The notes below the pieces were generated by a model that saw nothing but the letters and a program-made list of their open reading frames with translations, did no database searches and was not told the DNA's origin. Below, piece after piece: positions 1-10,939 of a DNA stretch of 64,000 nt; within the stretch, counting starts at the first letter, position 1; each line of letters starts with the position of its first letter. Source of the stretch: Haliotis cracherodii (lineage: Eukaryota). A program made the translations under genes and the position numbers. The stretch is from positions 32,984,001 to 33,048,000 of the forward strand of contig NW_027266343.1 in NCBI RefSeq assembly GCF_022045235.1, in the 5' to 3' direction.

Positions 1-293
1 TTACATCATTTATTCATGTTAATTGTCCGCGATTTCACATGGCCCTGTACATTGCCAAGTAGACTGGCATACCAGGGTTTAATTTGTATTTGGGTTTGAG
101 TTGCTTAAAGCAATAATACTCATCTAATTATTCAGTACACATTTAATTTTTTTCTGCAACATTAACATTGTTATACTGTAGTACTTTGTATTGTATTTCT
201 TGTTCTCTTTTGAATATTCTAGGTATAGTTATTGATGAGCTGAATAAATTATCGTTATTGCAAATATCTGACTGCCACGTTGTCTACTTCCAG

Positions 294-726
294 TCCCGCC
301 TTCGAATCCACTCGACTGCATTCTCTGAAATCCTACATCAAGGACATCGTTCAGTGTGATGTGTTACAATCGGAACCTCTCGGGCCATCGTACACGGGCT
401 TTTTTGATTGTGTGTTCAGCAGCTTTTGTCTTGAGACAGCATCTCGGAACATCGACACCTACAGACGAAGTGTGCTGAATGTCGCTTCCCTCCTTCGGGA
501 TGGCGGCCATCTTGTGATGAGGGGGGCTTGTGGAGAGCACTGCTACCCTGTGGGTGGGAAAAACTTCCATACGTTAGCCTTGACCCCACATCACCTGACG
601 ACGGCCTTGACAGATGCGGGGTTCAAGGTCAAGGAACTCCAAATAGAAGGGGTAGATGATCCCGATGATATTGACGTCAATAAAATACATGGCTTTTGTG
701 TCTTGGCCCAGAAAGTGGGCTTATGA
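294..726 (+). CDS. Terminal coding exon of an NNMT/PNMT/TEMT (INMT)-family SAM-dependent small-molecule N-methyltransferase; upstream exons lie outside the window
   Basis: Translation ...IKDIVQCDVLQSEPLG...FDCVFSSFCLETAS...YRRSVLNVASLLRDGGHLVM...YPVGGKNF...LTDAGF matches the C-terminal half of NNMT/INMT (CDV.Q..PL, D...S..CL, LL.PGG.LV, Y.VG...F, AG). The acceptor tctacttccAG ends at 293 (phase 2), the stop TGA is at 724-726, and ATTAAA/AATAAA lie at about 835 and 902. Confidence 0.88.
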
Positions 727-1186
727 ACAGTTTGGGGTGATGGCAGATTGGTTTGATTCTAAGAGAAGACGCACACGGACACACACATACACACACGCAC
801 GCACACGCTGCCTTTGCGAGCAAGACCAGTAATAATTAAATGCATTTTCTGTATTCATTTTCCTAACCATATTCTCTAAACATTACTGCCCAGGATTGGA
901 TAATAAAATATCAGCAATTCATATTACACGTTATATTTTATTGTAATATACATCGATGTATTCTCATGTGGCCTGTTTCATCCATGATTTATGTTGATGG
1001 TGATGGACCCGAACACTTGCTTGTCCACTAAACCTGTATAATGTAAGAAAGTATTGTTCATATACATGATGAATGCTGTTATCTCTTCAGCACTTGTTTT
1101 AAACCTCTAAAACCACCACGTGTTGAAGTACAACTAAAATGCTTGTTTTCTTTCTAAGAATTGAACATTAAGCAAGTCTTTGATAT

Positions 1187-1450
1187 GACCCGTGAAGATT
1201 CCGGGGTAGAATAGGTCTTCAGCAACCCATTCTTGCCGTAAAAGGCGACTATGCCTGTCGTAAAAGGCAACTCACGGGATCGGGTGGTCAGGCTCGCTGA
1301 CTTGGTTGATGCATGTCACCGATTACAATTGCGTGGATCGATGCTCATGATATTAATCACTGGGTTGTCTGGTCCAGACTCGATTATTACCGGACCGCCG
1401 TCATATAGCTGGAATATTGCAGAGTGCGGCGTTAAACAACAAACCAACCA
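1187..1450 (+). mobile_element. SINE-like family C (no tRNA head; begins CCCGTGAAGAT..., ends in a CAAA/CCAA tail)
   Basis: Near-identical to the copies at 10940-11209, 22460-22726, 42670-42933, 46962-47221 and 58858-59116. The 3' tail ATAGCTGGAATATTGC.GAGTGCGGCGTTAAAC is shared with other SINE families here. Confidence 0.85.
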
Positions 1451-2270
1451 ATTCACAGGATATACATGACAAGGCCAACATAGCACAACCGTGTTGAAAA
1501 TCATCATTTTTCTATTCGTAGAAATTGATTTTTCAATCAATTTTGGAATAATTCTGTTCTTAATTATTTGATATAATTCTAAAACTTGCCGATCATAAGG
1601 TGTTGACGTGCTCTGTCAAAGTGCTGTTGTTCCTGATGTTTTCTGCCCAAAATGTATTGGCACTCATATTTAAACATTGTATTTCCTGCCACTCTGCATT
1701 ATATATCCTATCATTATAATGTCATGATTTGGAAATGCCTACCGAGAATGACTGAAAGAGAAGTACTTTGCAGAAATATTACTTTCGTGGTGATCAACTG
1801 TTTCAATCCAGATGTGGTATATGTGATTTGAAACCTCTGATTAAGCAATCAGAATAGAGTATTTTCTAAATTCATGGTAGACTTTATTTTTCTGAAATCT
1901 TAACATGTATTTGATGATAAAACATCAAATTTTTTATATCAAAAATCAGAAATTCGATTTTGAGATATCAACTATTGATTTTATGTTAATAGAAAAAACT
2001 CCTTCAAATGGAAAATCATCGAAACCAACATGCTTGTTGTCAGATGTGTAAAACATTTGACGAAAAGGGAAATGTAAAGTGGGCATCCCATGTTAGCAAT
2101 CTGCTTAAGCTTTCCAATAATATACGTTCCCTATATGTCGAGCAGTAGTCCAGCAGCTCCTGTCTTTGGTGTATGCATTTGATAACATTTAAGGAACCAT
2201 CACAGATTCCAAAGATTGTCATTCGTCTCTTTCTCTCAGTTATTTGGTCAGTTACATCATTCAAGGTCAG

Positions 2271-2550
2271 GGGGCACGGGTGGCCCAGTCGTCTAAGGCG
2301 CCCCGATTCGCTGTGCAGAGTTGCGTCCCGTGGACACGCCAGAAACCTATTATTGTGGGTTCGAATCCCGGTTCGCCCCGATTATGTTTCTAGGTTTGTC
2401 AGCACCATATCCGGGCTCGTGGGTTTCAGCTAAGTTGTAAACGTCTGAGACCTGCATCACGTCGGGCTTTCCTCTCACAAGTTGACACACCGTGATATAA
2501 CTGGAACACTGTTAAAAGCGGCGTTAAACACAACTCACTCACTCACTCTC
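2271..2550 (+). mobile_element. tRNA-derived SINE family A (long tRNA-Leu-like head, ACTC tail)
   Basis: A-box-like TGGCCCAGTCGTCTAAGG, B box GGTTCGAATCC and tail ...GCGGCGTTAAAC...(ACTC)n; about nine copies in the window. Confidence 0.85.
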
Positions 2551-3338
2551 ATTCAAGGTCTCGATGAAGCTTTCAACTCGTTTTATGGGTGGAGGACATT
2601 TCACAATGTGACGCATCAGTGACTCCACCGGCCAGGATACGTTCACCTTCTCGCGAATACCTGGTCCCATCACTATTTGATTGTGATTTATAGACAAATG
2701 CTCAAGATATTGTCGGAATCGTACAATAGACTCTACTTTTAGCAGAGATTTCTTATGATTATGGAAAAGGTTTTGTCGGCGTTTATTGGAAATTATTATT
2801 ATCATTGGTTGAGATTGTGGTAATATTTTCATAGCTTATTTCAAACAACGCTGTATGGATATCGGATTTGAAAATTGGCATAGTGAAATGGTTAGCTCAT
2901 CATTCGTCTGTATATACGTTTCATACAAATCACTACTTGAACTTGAAAAAATATATTAAAGAATGAATGTCACATGGTGATTTGATCAGAACATTGTAAA
3001 CATTTCGTTGTTTGTCACGCAAATTAAATTCGTATTTTCCCATAAACTGCCACTAGCGGATTAGGAGTTTTAGGGAGCGTTGTTATACGCAGAATGTCGT
3101 GGTAAGATTATAAATAAAATATTTTTAATCATTTCGTGACAAACACGCAAAAATATATCTGTAAAATTAAATGGGTGATGGACTTGACAGACAATATTGT
3201 TGACCAGTATTTTATTTACTGCGGTATGACTTTAAGGGAGAGTTCATTATTTCACATATTCGACATACTCGTATTAATAAATGAGTTTCGAATTTGGAAT
3301 TTTAAAAACTGATTTTGGCGGTATCCAAAAATATTTGA

Positions 3339-3493
3339 GGGGCGGTCGGGTAGCCTAGTGGTTAAAGCGTTCGCTCTTCACGCCGAAGACCCGGGTTCTA
3401 TTCCCGACATGGGTACAATGTGTGAAGCCCATTTCTGGAGTCGAGATACTGCTGTGACATTGCTAAAAGCGGTGTAAAACCATACTCACTCAC
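3339..3493 (+). mobile_element. tRNA-Asp-like SINE family B (about 170 bp)
   Basis: The head GGTAGCCTAGTGGTTAAAGCG...TCACGCCGAAGACCCGGGTTC(G)ATTCCCGAC resembles tRNA-Asp(GTC). Tail GCTAAAAGCGG.GTAAAACCATACTCACTC. Confidence 0.8.
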
Positions 3494-4489
3494 ACAATAA
3501 TTCATTTTGTAATATCAGTAATTTGATTTACGTTTATTCTTATAAATAAATATAACGTGTGATATCAATAAATGTTACAGTATCATAAAATAAGGAATAA
3601 ATGGTAAATCTCATAGTTGTGAGGTCGTGCTGGCAGTTTGTGGAGTGAACTGATGTGCACAATAAAACGTAAATGACAGAATAATCAGTCTCAATTATCC
3701 ACCAAAACAGACGTAAAAGGCAAAATAGTGCTGAAAATAAGGAAAGATCACTGAACATCAGTGATTACACCCGCAACTCGCACAATTTGCATTAGCAAGT
3801 TAGTGTTTTTGGCCTAACGCCGCACAAGAGTACTCGACCTACGACGGTGCCTTGCGTTACCTTCGGGCGTAACGTCGGCGTAACCTACCCGTATACACTT
3901 TCTATTTTTTCGGGGTTGATTGTAAATATACAATCATGTCATCTATCGTTATATGTAGCGAACTGTCGGAGCAACGTACCTTGGCCGTGCCACGATCGTT
4001 AGTATTATACTTGGTTTTCAAACAGAATATTTATAATGAACCATTCGTCAATTCATGTTATCCTCCGACATTGAGACGACATACTATGACAGAACTTTCG
4101 TGGCACGAGATTGGATTTGTAACCTTTTAAGAACTGAAAGTGATATTTCATACCACGCGCCATGCAATTTATTATGTGTATATGTAAACAGGTCCACCAC
4201 CCGGTAGAGCGAATGTAATGTTTCAGCCGCACACCTTAACAACGACAGAATTCTCTGTTAATACACTTCATGTATTGATTCCGACAAAGGTCCCGACCCA
4301 GAGGGTGGTTCGTGCAGGTGCGTACTCAATCTCGGTATGCACCTCCCTCATCTAGTCCTACCCTGCAGCACCGTGTCGCAGTGGTTTATTAATGAGCAGA
4401 GATAGCAGGCATTGTCGCACTGGGTCGACTGTAATTTGTCATTGGCGTTGTGTCACTACTGCAGGTGAGGTAACCAAGCACTGTGTGTT

Positions 4490-4582
4490 ACGTCAGTGTA
4501 GACGTGGACAGGGACGTGGACGTTGACGACATTTACTCTGTGCAGAGTGAGTGATGTGAAGAGGCATCAAGACGTGTTTCAT
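4490..4582 (+). other. Possible 5'-UTR exon of the glycosyltransferase gene
   Basis: Locally GC-richer, non-repetitive segment with a TCAGT initiator-like motif at about 4493. A canonical donor GTAAGT at 4583-4588 could splice to the acceptor at 6345-6346. An alternative donor CAG|GTGAG lies at about 4464. Confidence 0.3.
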
Positions 4583-6008
4583 GTAAGTATGGTTTAAATG
4601 CATTTATAATCGGTATATACATGTATACATACACACAATCAATGACAGGATAAATGTACCTGTTGGTTTTGTTTGGATAAATTTCAACTATAACGTGGCG
4701 TCTACAAATTGTTGGGTTGATATTTGTATTCGTTACACTGACACAACCCCACTCCGCACGTGGGGACACTGTCTGAATTTAGTCGTGGTGCCTCCTGAGA
4801 ATTGCTGTAAATGGCGCTTAATACTGTTGGTAGATAATTAAAGGTTATCGTTCTTGGCACTGACTATTTTCATGGCGCTTCATTTAGCAGACACGCCAGT
4901 TTGAAGACCCCTTAAACAAACAAAATACAAGTTTAAAAACACATTGAACCATAAGCTTTAACTCATCACTCAATCTTGTTGTTAATTTACTGCGAAGCAA
5001 TTATCGATTCACTTGTACACCCAGAGATTTTTATCAGTTGTATTTATTAAATGATAAAAAGAAATATATGTCACATTGAGTGACGGTCCAACGAACATAA
5101 GCAAGTGTTGATTTACTGAATAAAACTCAACACCGCGCGCATATTTGCAGTTAACACGAACACTTATGATAGTTGCTCATCCTTTCCATAAAAAATATAT
5201 ATTTTAAAGAAACATATTTTCTGCTTAGTCGGATATTGACATTATTAAGTTGTTGGAATAATTGACACTTTAACAAAAGTATCAAATTTACAGATAGATA
5301 AAATTAATAATGTGTTCAAATAAACTTAGACTGATTATGTTTACATTTATTTTATTAGAAAACGTGATATCATAATGTTTTGGGAGAAATGAAAACTTCC
5401 AAAATAATCAAATATGCTCAACAAACAAGCAAACCATTTCAGCTCACCTTAACCTAAACACGATTTCATAACCGGAATTTTATACGAAATAAACTATGGT
5501 CCGATTCTGATGTTTATACTTTCATTTTTTGGCTGAGTATAATAACGGATGAGTAATTTCAAAACGACATGTTTAAACTACATGTTCAACTTAAGTTACT
5601 GGATAATTCCCACAGATACCTTCAGTGACGACCTCTATGCTTGGAGTTATACGCCAAAGGTGTCAAATATAGATCGTCTTTACATAATTATATTGTTTAC
5701 AATATTGTCAATATACTCACGTAGTGTTAGAGAGGATACATCATAACAATGTCTCTATATGAGCCAAAATGGATGCAGATTTAAGTTTATTTGAGGCAGG
5801 GGGAATATAGGGCTTGCTGATCAGCGTCATCATAATTCGCTGTGGCGTCAGTCAGTCGTTGGTTAAATGTCCCAGATCTGGCACGATTATGAACCTTGAT
5901 CTGACATGATCACTGGTTACAAAAAAAAACCGCTAAGCATCTACGACCTTCCTGCATAAAGCAGATGTGACGTGATGATACGGAATACTGAAATCGTCCT
6001 AAAAAAGA

Positions 6009-6289
6009 GGGGGCACGGGTGGCCCAGTCGTCTAAGGCGCCGCGATTCGCTGTGCAGAGTTGCGTCCCTTGGGCACGCCAGAAACCTATGATTGTGGGTT
6101 CGAATCCCTGTTCGCCCCGATTATGTTTCTAGGTTTGTCAGCACCATACCCCTGCTCGTGGGTTTCACCGAAGTGGTAAACGTCTGAGACCTGCATCATT
6201 CGGGCATTCCTCCCACATTAAGCTGAAACGCCGTGATATAACTGGAATAGTGTTAAAAGCGGCGTTAAACCAAACTCACTCACTCACTC
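6009..6289 (+). mobile_element. SINE family A, about 55 bp upstream of the GT32 splice acceptor
   Basis: Full-length copy with an approximate TSD (cctaaaaaaga / cctcaaaaaga). Confidence 0.88.
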
Positions 6290-6347
6290 CTCAAAAAGAA
6301 ATTCACGCATAAAAAGTAGTGTATATTGTGTTACATCTGTTCACAGG

Positions 6348-8867
6348 ATGTTCGGGAGAAGGACGATAAGGTGTTCCGCAAGACGTCGCATGTTCCTGAT
6401 GACCCTACTGGGCTGCTGTATACTTCTAGCTGTAGCTAACCTGATCAGGCTGTTGCAGGCACCGCATACTAGGAAACACTATCGAGGACGTGCTGGAAAT
6501 AGTAGAGCAAATGGCAAGAACGGAGCACCATACACAGGAATGCGCCGAAGGAAAGATTCTAAATCTGAAAGACTCAACCAGAATTATTCTACAGAAACAT
6601 TTGATCGTCAACCTTTTGCCAATATTCAGCAGAAAGGAATGCATCTGGATATATTCAGGAACAAATCTTGGAGCATCGTTCATCAAATGAAATCACCCGA
6701 TGATATAAGCCAGTACAATAAAACACCTAATTCCAAACAAAACCTGACTGTTCACTTCCTTCTTGGTGAGGATTCTTCCCATTTTGAAATCCACAACTTC
6801 CTGTCAGTATGGAGCGTGATGAAGTACATCCGTCCATGCAAAGTAATGTTCCATTGTCACGTGATCCCTATGACCACGCCGTGGTGGAGGCGAACCCTTC
6901 AGATAACCCCAAACAGAACCATTATCCCCTTAAACACCTCCGGGAAATATTCTCGAGATACGCCCAACACGAGGGATATGGTATGGAAGCACGGCGGGGT
7001 CATTGTTACACCGAACATCGTGTTCCTAAGGCATCTCCAAGATCTACAACGATTTGAAATGCTTGCTTACATTAATAAAGATAACGTAGGCATGCTGTAC
7101 TTATCAAACGTGTCCTCTACAAAAGATGTAGCTGATCTTATTGATGATACTTACAAAAAAGGTCAAATTGATTTTAGGAATATAATAGGACATATTGAGA
7201 AGAGGAACTTGCTCCGTCATGAGCAGGAGGATTCTTGGATGTGTCTGAATGATGCGCAGTTACCAGCTGCTGACAATCTGTTGAGGAATAAAACACTGGT
7301 CAGTATAGACGTGACCTATACGGCCTACAATCCACCACCAACACTGGACAACATCTACAGGTCATCGACTCAGATGGCGGCTATAGGTAGACAGGTCTTG
7401 TTTGAATCTACGGCCAAAGTTGAACGATCTGTACCCAACGTATTTCATTATCTGTGGAAAGAGGGCAGAGTCAGAGATCTAAACATGATGGAATTGTTGA
7501 GTATTAAAAGCGTTTACCATTTTGCAAATCCCAAAGAAATACGTTTCTATGGCACCGTTACCCCGTCCGGACCACGATGGGATGACGTCATGAAACTGCC
7601 GTCGTTTACGTTCATTCAAACAGATCCACCAGTGTCACGTGACAGCTGTATGGTGTGTGAGATACTTCATGATCATGGCGGTACCTTTATCAATTTTGAT
7701 GTTATTCTCACAGAAGGAGCAGATATATTTCGTCTAGGGTATAGCGTGAGGCTTGGCACTAAAGGTTCGGAATCTAATATCAGAATAGACTTTGGCCACA
7801 GATTACAGATTTTAACAAAAGAGGAGTTTCAGAAGCAACAACATCACGGGTGTTCAAACGTCGTCATGTCGATGGCGAAAGGGCATTATTTTGCAGTTAT
7901 CTGTCCACAAGTTATACATGTCGGCAATTCGAAGGGAATCACTTCCTGTTTGAATTCTACGTTTCTTCAAATATCTAGTCCAGATTATATAATACAGAAC
8001 GTGAGAAAGACATCAGTCGCTTCAGTAACAGGTTGTGTTGGAGAAGTAGCCAGATACGTGTTGTTTGGAGAGACAAACGCTTTTACAGAAGAAACATATC
8101 TCGTGCCAAACGTCATCCATTACATTTGGTTTGGGAAGGAAACACATTTTCATCTTCATATGTTTCTTTGTATTTACAGTGCATTCATTAACCAGAAACC
8201 AGATCACATATTCTTCCATTACGACCACTTACCGAAAGGGACGTGGTGGCAGACCTTGACCTTTGCAGTTAACTTGACCTTGGTGCGCACAGCGCCACCT
8301 ACTTCCGTCTTCGGGCGACCAATCAACGTGGTAGAACATCAGTCGGACGTCGCCAGGTTAGAAATTCTCAGGAAGTATGGCGGTATCTATCTTGATATCG
8401 ATGTGTTTGTAATCAACAGTCTTGACCCGTTACGAACACACAGTTTCGTAATGGCGGAGGAACAACCATCAACGTTAGGGAATGGCATCATTCTCTCTGA
8501 GAAGAATTCTAAATTTCTTGAGCTGTATTTGAACTCTTACAAACGTTTTAATGACTCGTTTTGGGGCTATAACTCCGTTGTTATGCCCTATTCAATAATG
8601 CTTCACAACAGGAATCTCATTCACCTTGGACCACGTGACAGAATCCTAAAACCTGATTGGTCGACGTGCTTGGACGACATATGGTACCCTGAGAGCAAGT
8701 ACTACTGGCAAGACAACTACATCCTACATCTTTACTGTAAGATGAACGTGGACAGAGATCTACCGTTCATGGATTCACTGATCTCTACACCCCGGTTCGC
8801 TACTTCCACTTTTGGCCAAATAGCCAACATCGTATACAAGCATTTTAAAAGAACTGTCGGCCATTAG
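6348..8867 (+). CDS. Type II membrane GT32 / alpha-1,4-glycosyltransferase-like protein (A4GNT/A4GALT/OCH1-like sugar-binding DXD domain), 839 aa, with three tandem modules
   Basis: Uninterrupted 2.5-kb ORF. A short basic N-tail is followed by a hydrophobic anchor (MFLMTLLGCCILLAVANLI) and a stem. The C-terminal domain has VPNVIHYIWFG, SDVARLEILRKYGGIYLDIDV, LGNGIILS and WGYNSV, all typical of GT32. An acceptor gttcacAG (6345-6346) lies just before the ATG. Confidence 0.9.
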   Translation: MFGRRTIRCSARRRMFLMTLLGCCILLAVANLIRLLQAPHTRKHYRGRAGNSRANGKNGAPYTGMRRRKDSKSERLNQNYSTETFDRQPFANIQQKGMHLDIFRNKSWSIVHQMKSPDDISQYNKTPNSKQNLTVHFLLGEDSSHFEIHNFLSVWSVMKYIRPCKVMFHCHVIPMTTPWWRRTLQITPNRTIIPLNTSGKYSRDTPNTRDMVWKHGGVIVTPNIVFLRHLQDLQRFEMLAYINKDNVGMLYLSNVSSTKDVADLIDDTYKKGQIDFRNIIGHIEKRNLLRHEQEDSWMCLNDAQLPAADNLLRNKTLVSIDVTYTAYNPPPTLDNIYRSSTQMAAIGRQVLFESTAKVERSVPNVFHYLWKEGRVRDLNMMELLSIKSVYHFANPKEIRFYGTVTPSGPRWDDVMKLPSFTFIQTDPPVSRDSCMVCEILHDHGGTFINFDVILTEGADIFRLGYSVRLGTKGSESNIRIDFGHRLQILTKEEFQKQQHHGCSNVVMSMAKGHYFAVICPQVIHVGNSKGITSCLNSTFLQISSPDYIIQNVRKTSVASVTGCVGEVARYVLFGETNAFTEETYLVPNVIHYIWFGKETHFHLHMFLCIYSAFINQKPDHIFFHYDHLPKGTWWQTLTFAVNLTLVRTAPPTSVFGRPINVVEHQSDVARLEILRKYGGIYLDIDVFVINSLDPLRTHSFVMAEEQPSTLGNGIILSEKNSKFLELYLNSYKRFNDSFWGYNSVVMPYSIMLHNRNLIHLGPRDRILKPDWSTCLDDIWYPESKYYWQDNYILHLYCKMNVDRDLPFMDSLISTPRFATSTFGQIANIVYKHFKRTVGH

Positions 8868-10084
8868 CCACCTAACAGGGACCCTAATAATTCTGAACAA
8901 CTGAAAATCGGCATATTGTGTACTAGATTTTTGGCGTAGTTTGAGAACCTATATTAATATTCTGGATCTCGAACGACGGATAGCGTCATATACATTTACA
9001 TTTTCTGGGACGTGGTTTCTGGAATATTGAAGTTAAATTCACCAGTTGATAAATCAGAGTTATTGTAGATGTGTAGTAGAATAGTTGAGGATAAATACAC
9101 CTGTTATACACACGCTATCTAGCCTATGTAGTGGTTTTGAATGGTGGTGTGAGAAAGGTTCAAATGAAAGAGGACACTATGTGGTAGCCTAGTGCTTTGA
9201 CCTTATAATACTAGTAGTTCAGGGGAAGTCTATACTCTATTGCACTACACATGTAGTTACTTTTCTAAGATGCCTAATTTAAAACTGATCCAGTGTTTTA
9301 ATGGAAATGTGTTTAAAAACAAAACTGTACTGTGCCTTAAATTGAAAATCCTCGAACAGGGCTAACTGATGGGTTATTCCACTTGATTGCCTGTACCCTT
9401 TCGTTAAGAAACATATTTACGTTTAAACATAATACAACACCACTAAAATTGGTAGTTTATTGTTTAAATAGGTCGTTCTTCCTCATCCGTCCAGCGTATG
9501 GTTAAAAATAAACCCATACAGCAATAAGAAGTTGGGTTTTTAAAATTAAAGTTTATATATTAATATGCTTCGATTGAATCACGTGACTCGAAACATTCCA
9601 CAAGTGTATTGTTGGTTGCTTTCTTGCTTAACGTCTACAAAATAATGGAGTCAGGACCAGACAAGCCAGTGATTGGCAACATGAGCATCGATCCACGCAA
9701 TTGGGCTACGAGTGTATTGTTGGAGCCGAGTTAACGGTGAGTTGAGGTGTTTTCTGTTGTACAAGTTGCAACTTTAATTCCGCCACTAATGTTACAGATT
9801 GCAGCAACTCTGTTACTTGTGCTACATGATAATGTAACCGACGTGAATCGAAGGCATGGGGCGGGATATGGCGTCGACATGGGACGAACATGGCGGCCGT
9901 TTCGTTTGTTTGCTGTATATAGTTAAATGCCGTACGCTGAGCATGAAACTTTTCGAAGATTGCTCATTCCTTTGTCCAGAGAGACATATTACCTAGGGCA
10001 CCAACGCCCGCCTTGACAATACTGTGACTTCTGTGGCACTGAAACAGTGGTTTGAATATGTTTGGGAAAATCCCGTGGCATCCG

Positions 10085-10235
10085 AGATTTATAGATGAAC
10101 AACTTCTTTATTACAATTAGGAGCGACGTTTTGGTGTAGGTTCTAACAACGTTATCAAGTCATCACTTGCTTGTTAGAACCTACGCCGACACGTCGCTCC
10201 TAAGTGTAATAAAAAGGTTGTTCATCCATAAATCT
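10085..10235. repeat. Long inverted repeat (about 65-bp arms), probable inverted Penelope-type terminal relic
   Basis: 10085-10149 is the near-perfect reverse complement of 10171-10235, and each arm carries AATAAA on its outward-reading strand. Confidence 0.8.
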
Positions 10236-10939
10236 TATACTCCAACTTCTAAATGCCTCCCAAAGAAGCATGAGAGATGGTTGACATCATCTTGCCATAT
10301 ATCTTCCAAGGAAATAATATTCAAATATAAAGCAACTATTTTACCGAAAAACGATGTTGATGCGCCATCTTGATTGACAACCATGAAAGAAGATGTTACA
10401 AGGGATACGATAGATCACGGGGGAGGTAATTTGAACAGCGTCATGACGTCATCCAATTATGACGTAACTCAAAAAGAATACTTCATCGGATAAAGTATAG
10501 TCGGCGCCTTTGGATCAGGTTTAGAGTATGCAGTCCCGTATAAGAGGGGTCAAACCAGGGGCACTCACGGCCTAGTGGCCTAAGACGCTGCATAGTTATG
10601 TCCCTTGAGCATGAGCCAGGATCCCAGGATCGTGGGTCCGAATTCCAATTCCACCTGATTATGATCCTTGGTTTGACATCACTATACGAGTAATCCTAAT
10701 CAATAAAATAGGTAAAAGGTAGCAGAAGAGTAAGCCAAACTGATTATGGAATTGCTTGGCCAGCGAAATGTTATTGGGATTTGAAACTCCTGACTGATCA
10801 TTGAAGACAACTTCTAAAAAATAACGGTAAAATCAAGCATTTGTCCATTACGATGCTATTATTGAAATTAACATATGAAGAGCGCAATCGACATAGGACG
10901 GGTCACGTTCGAGCTAGATTTGGATATGTCATTACTTGT

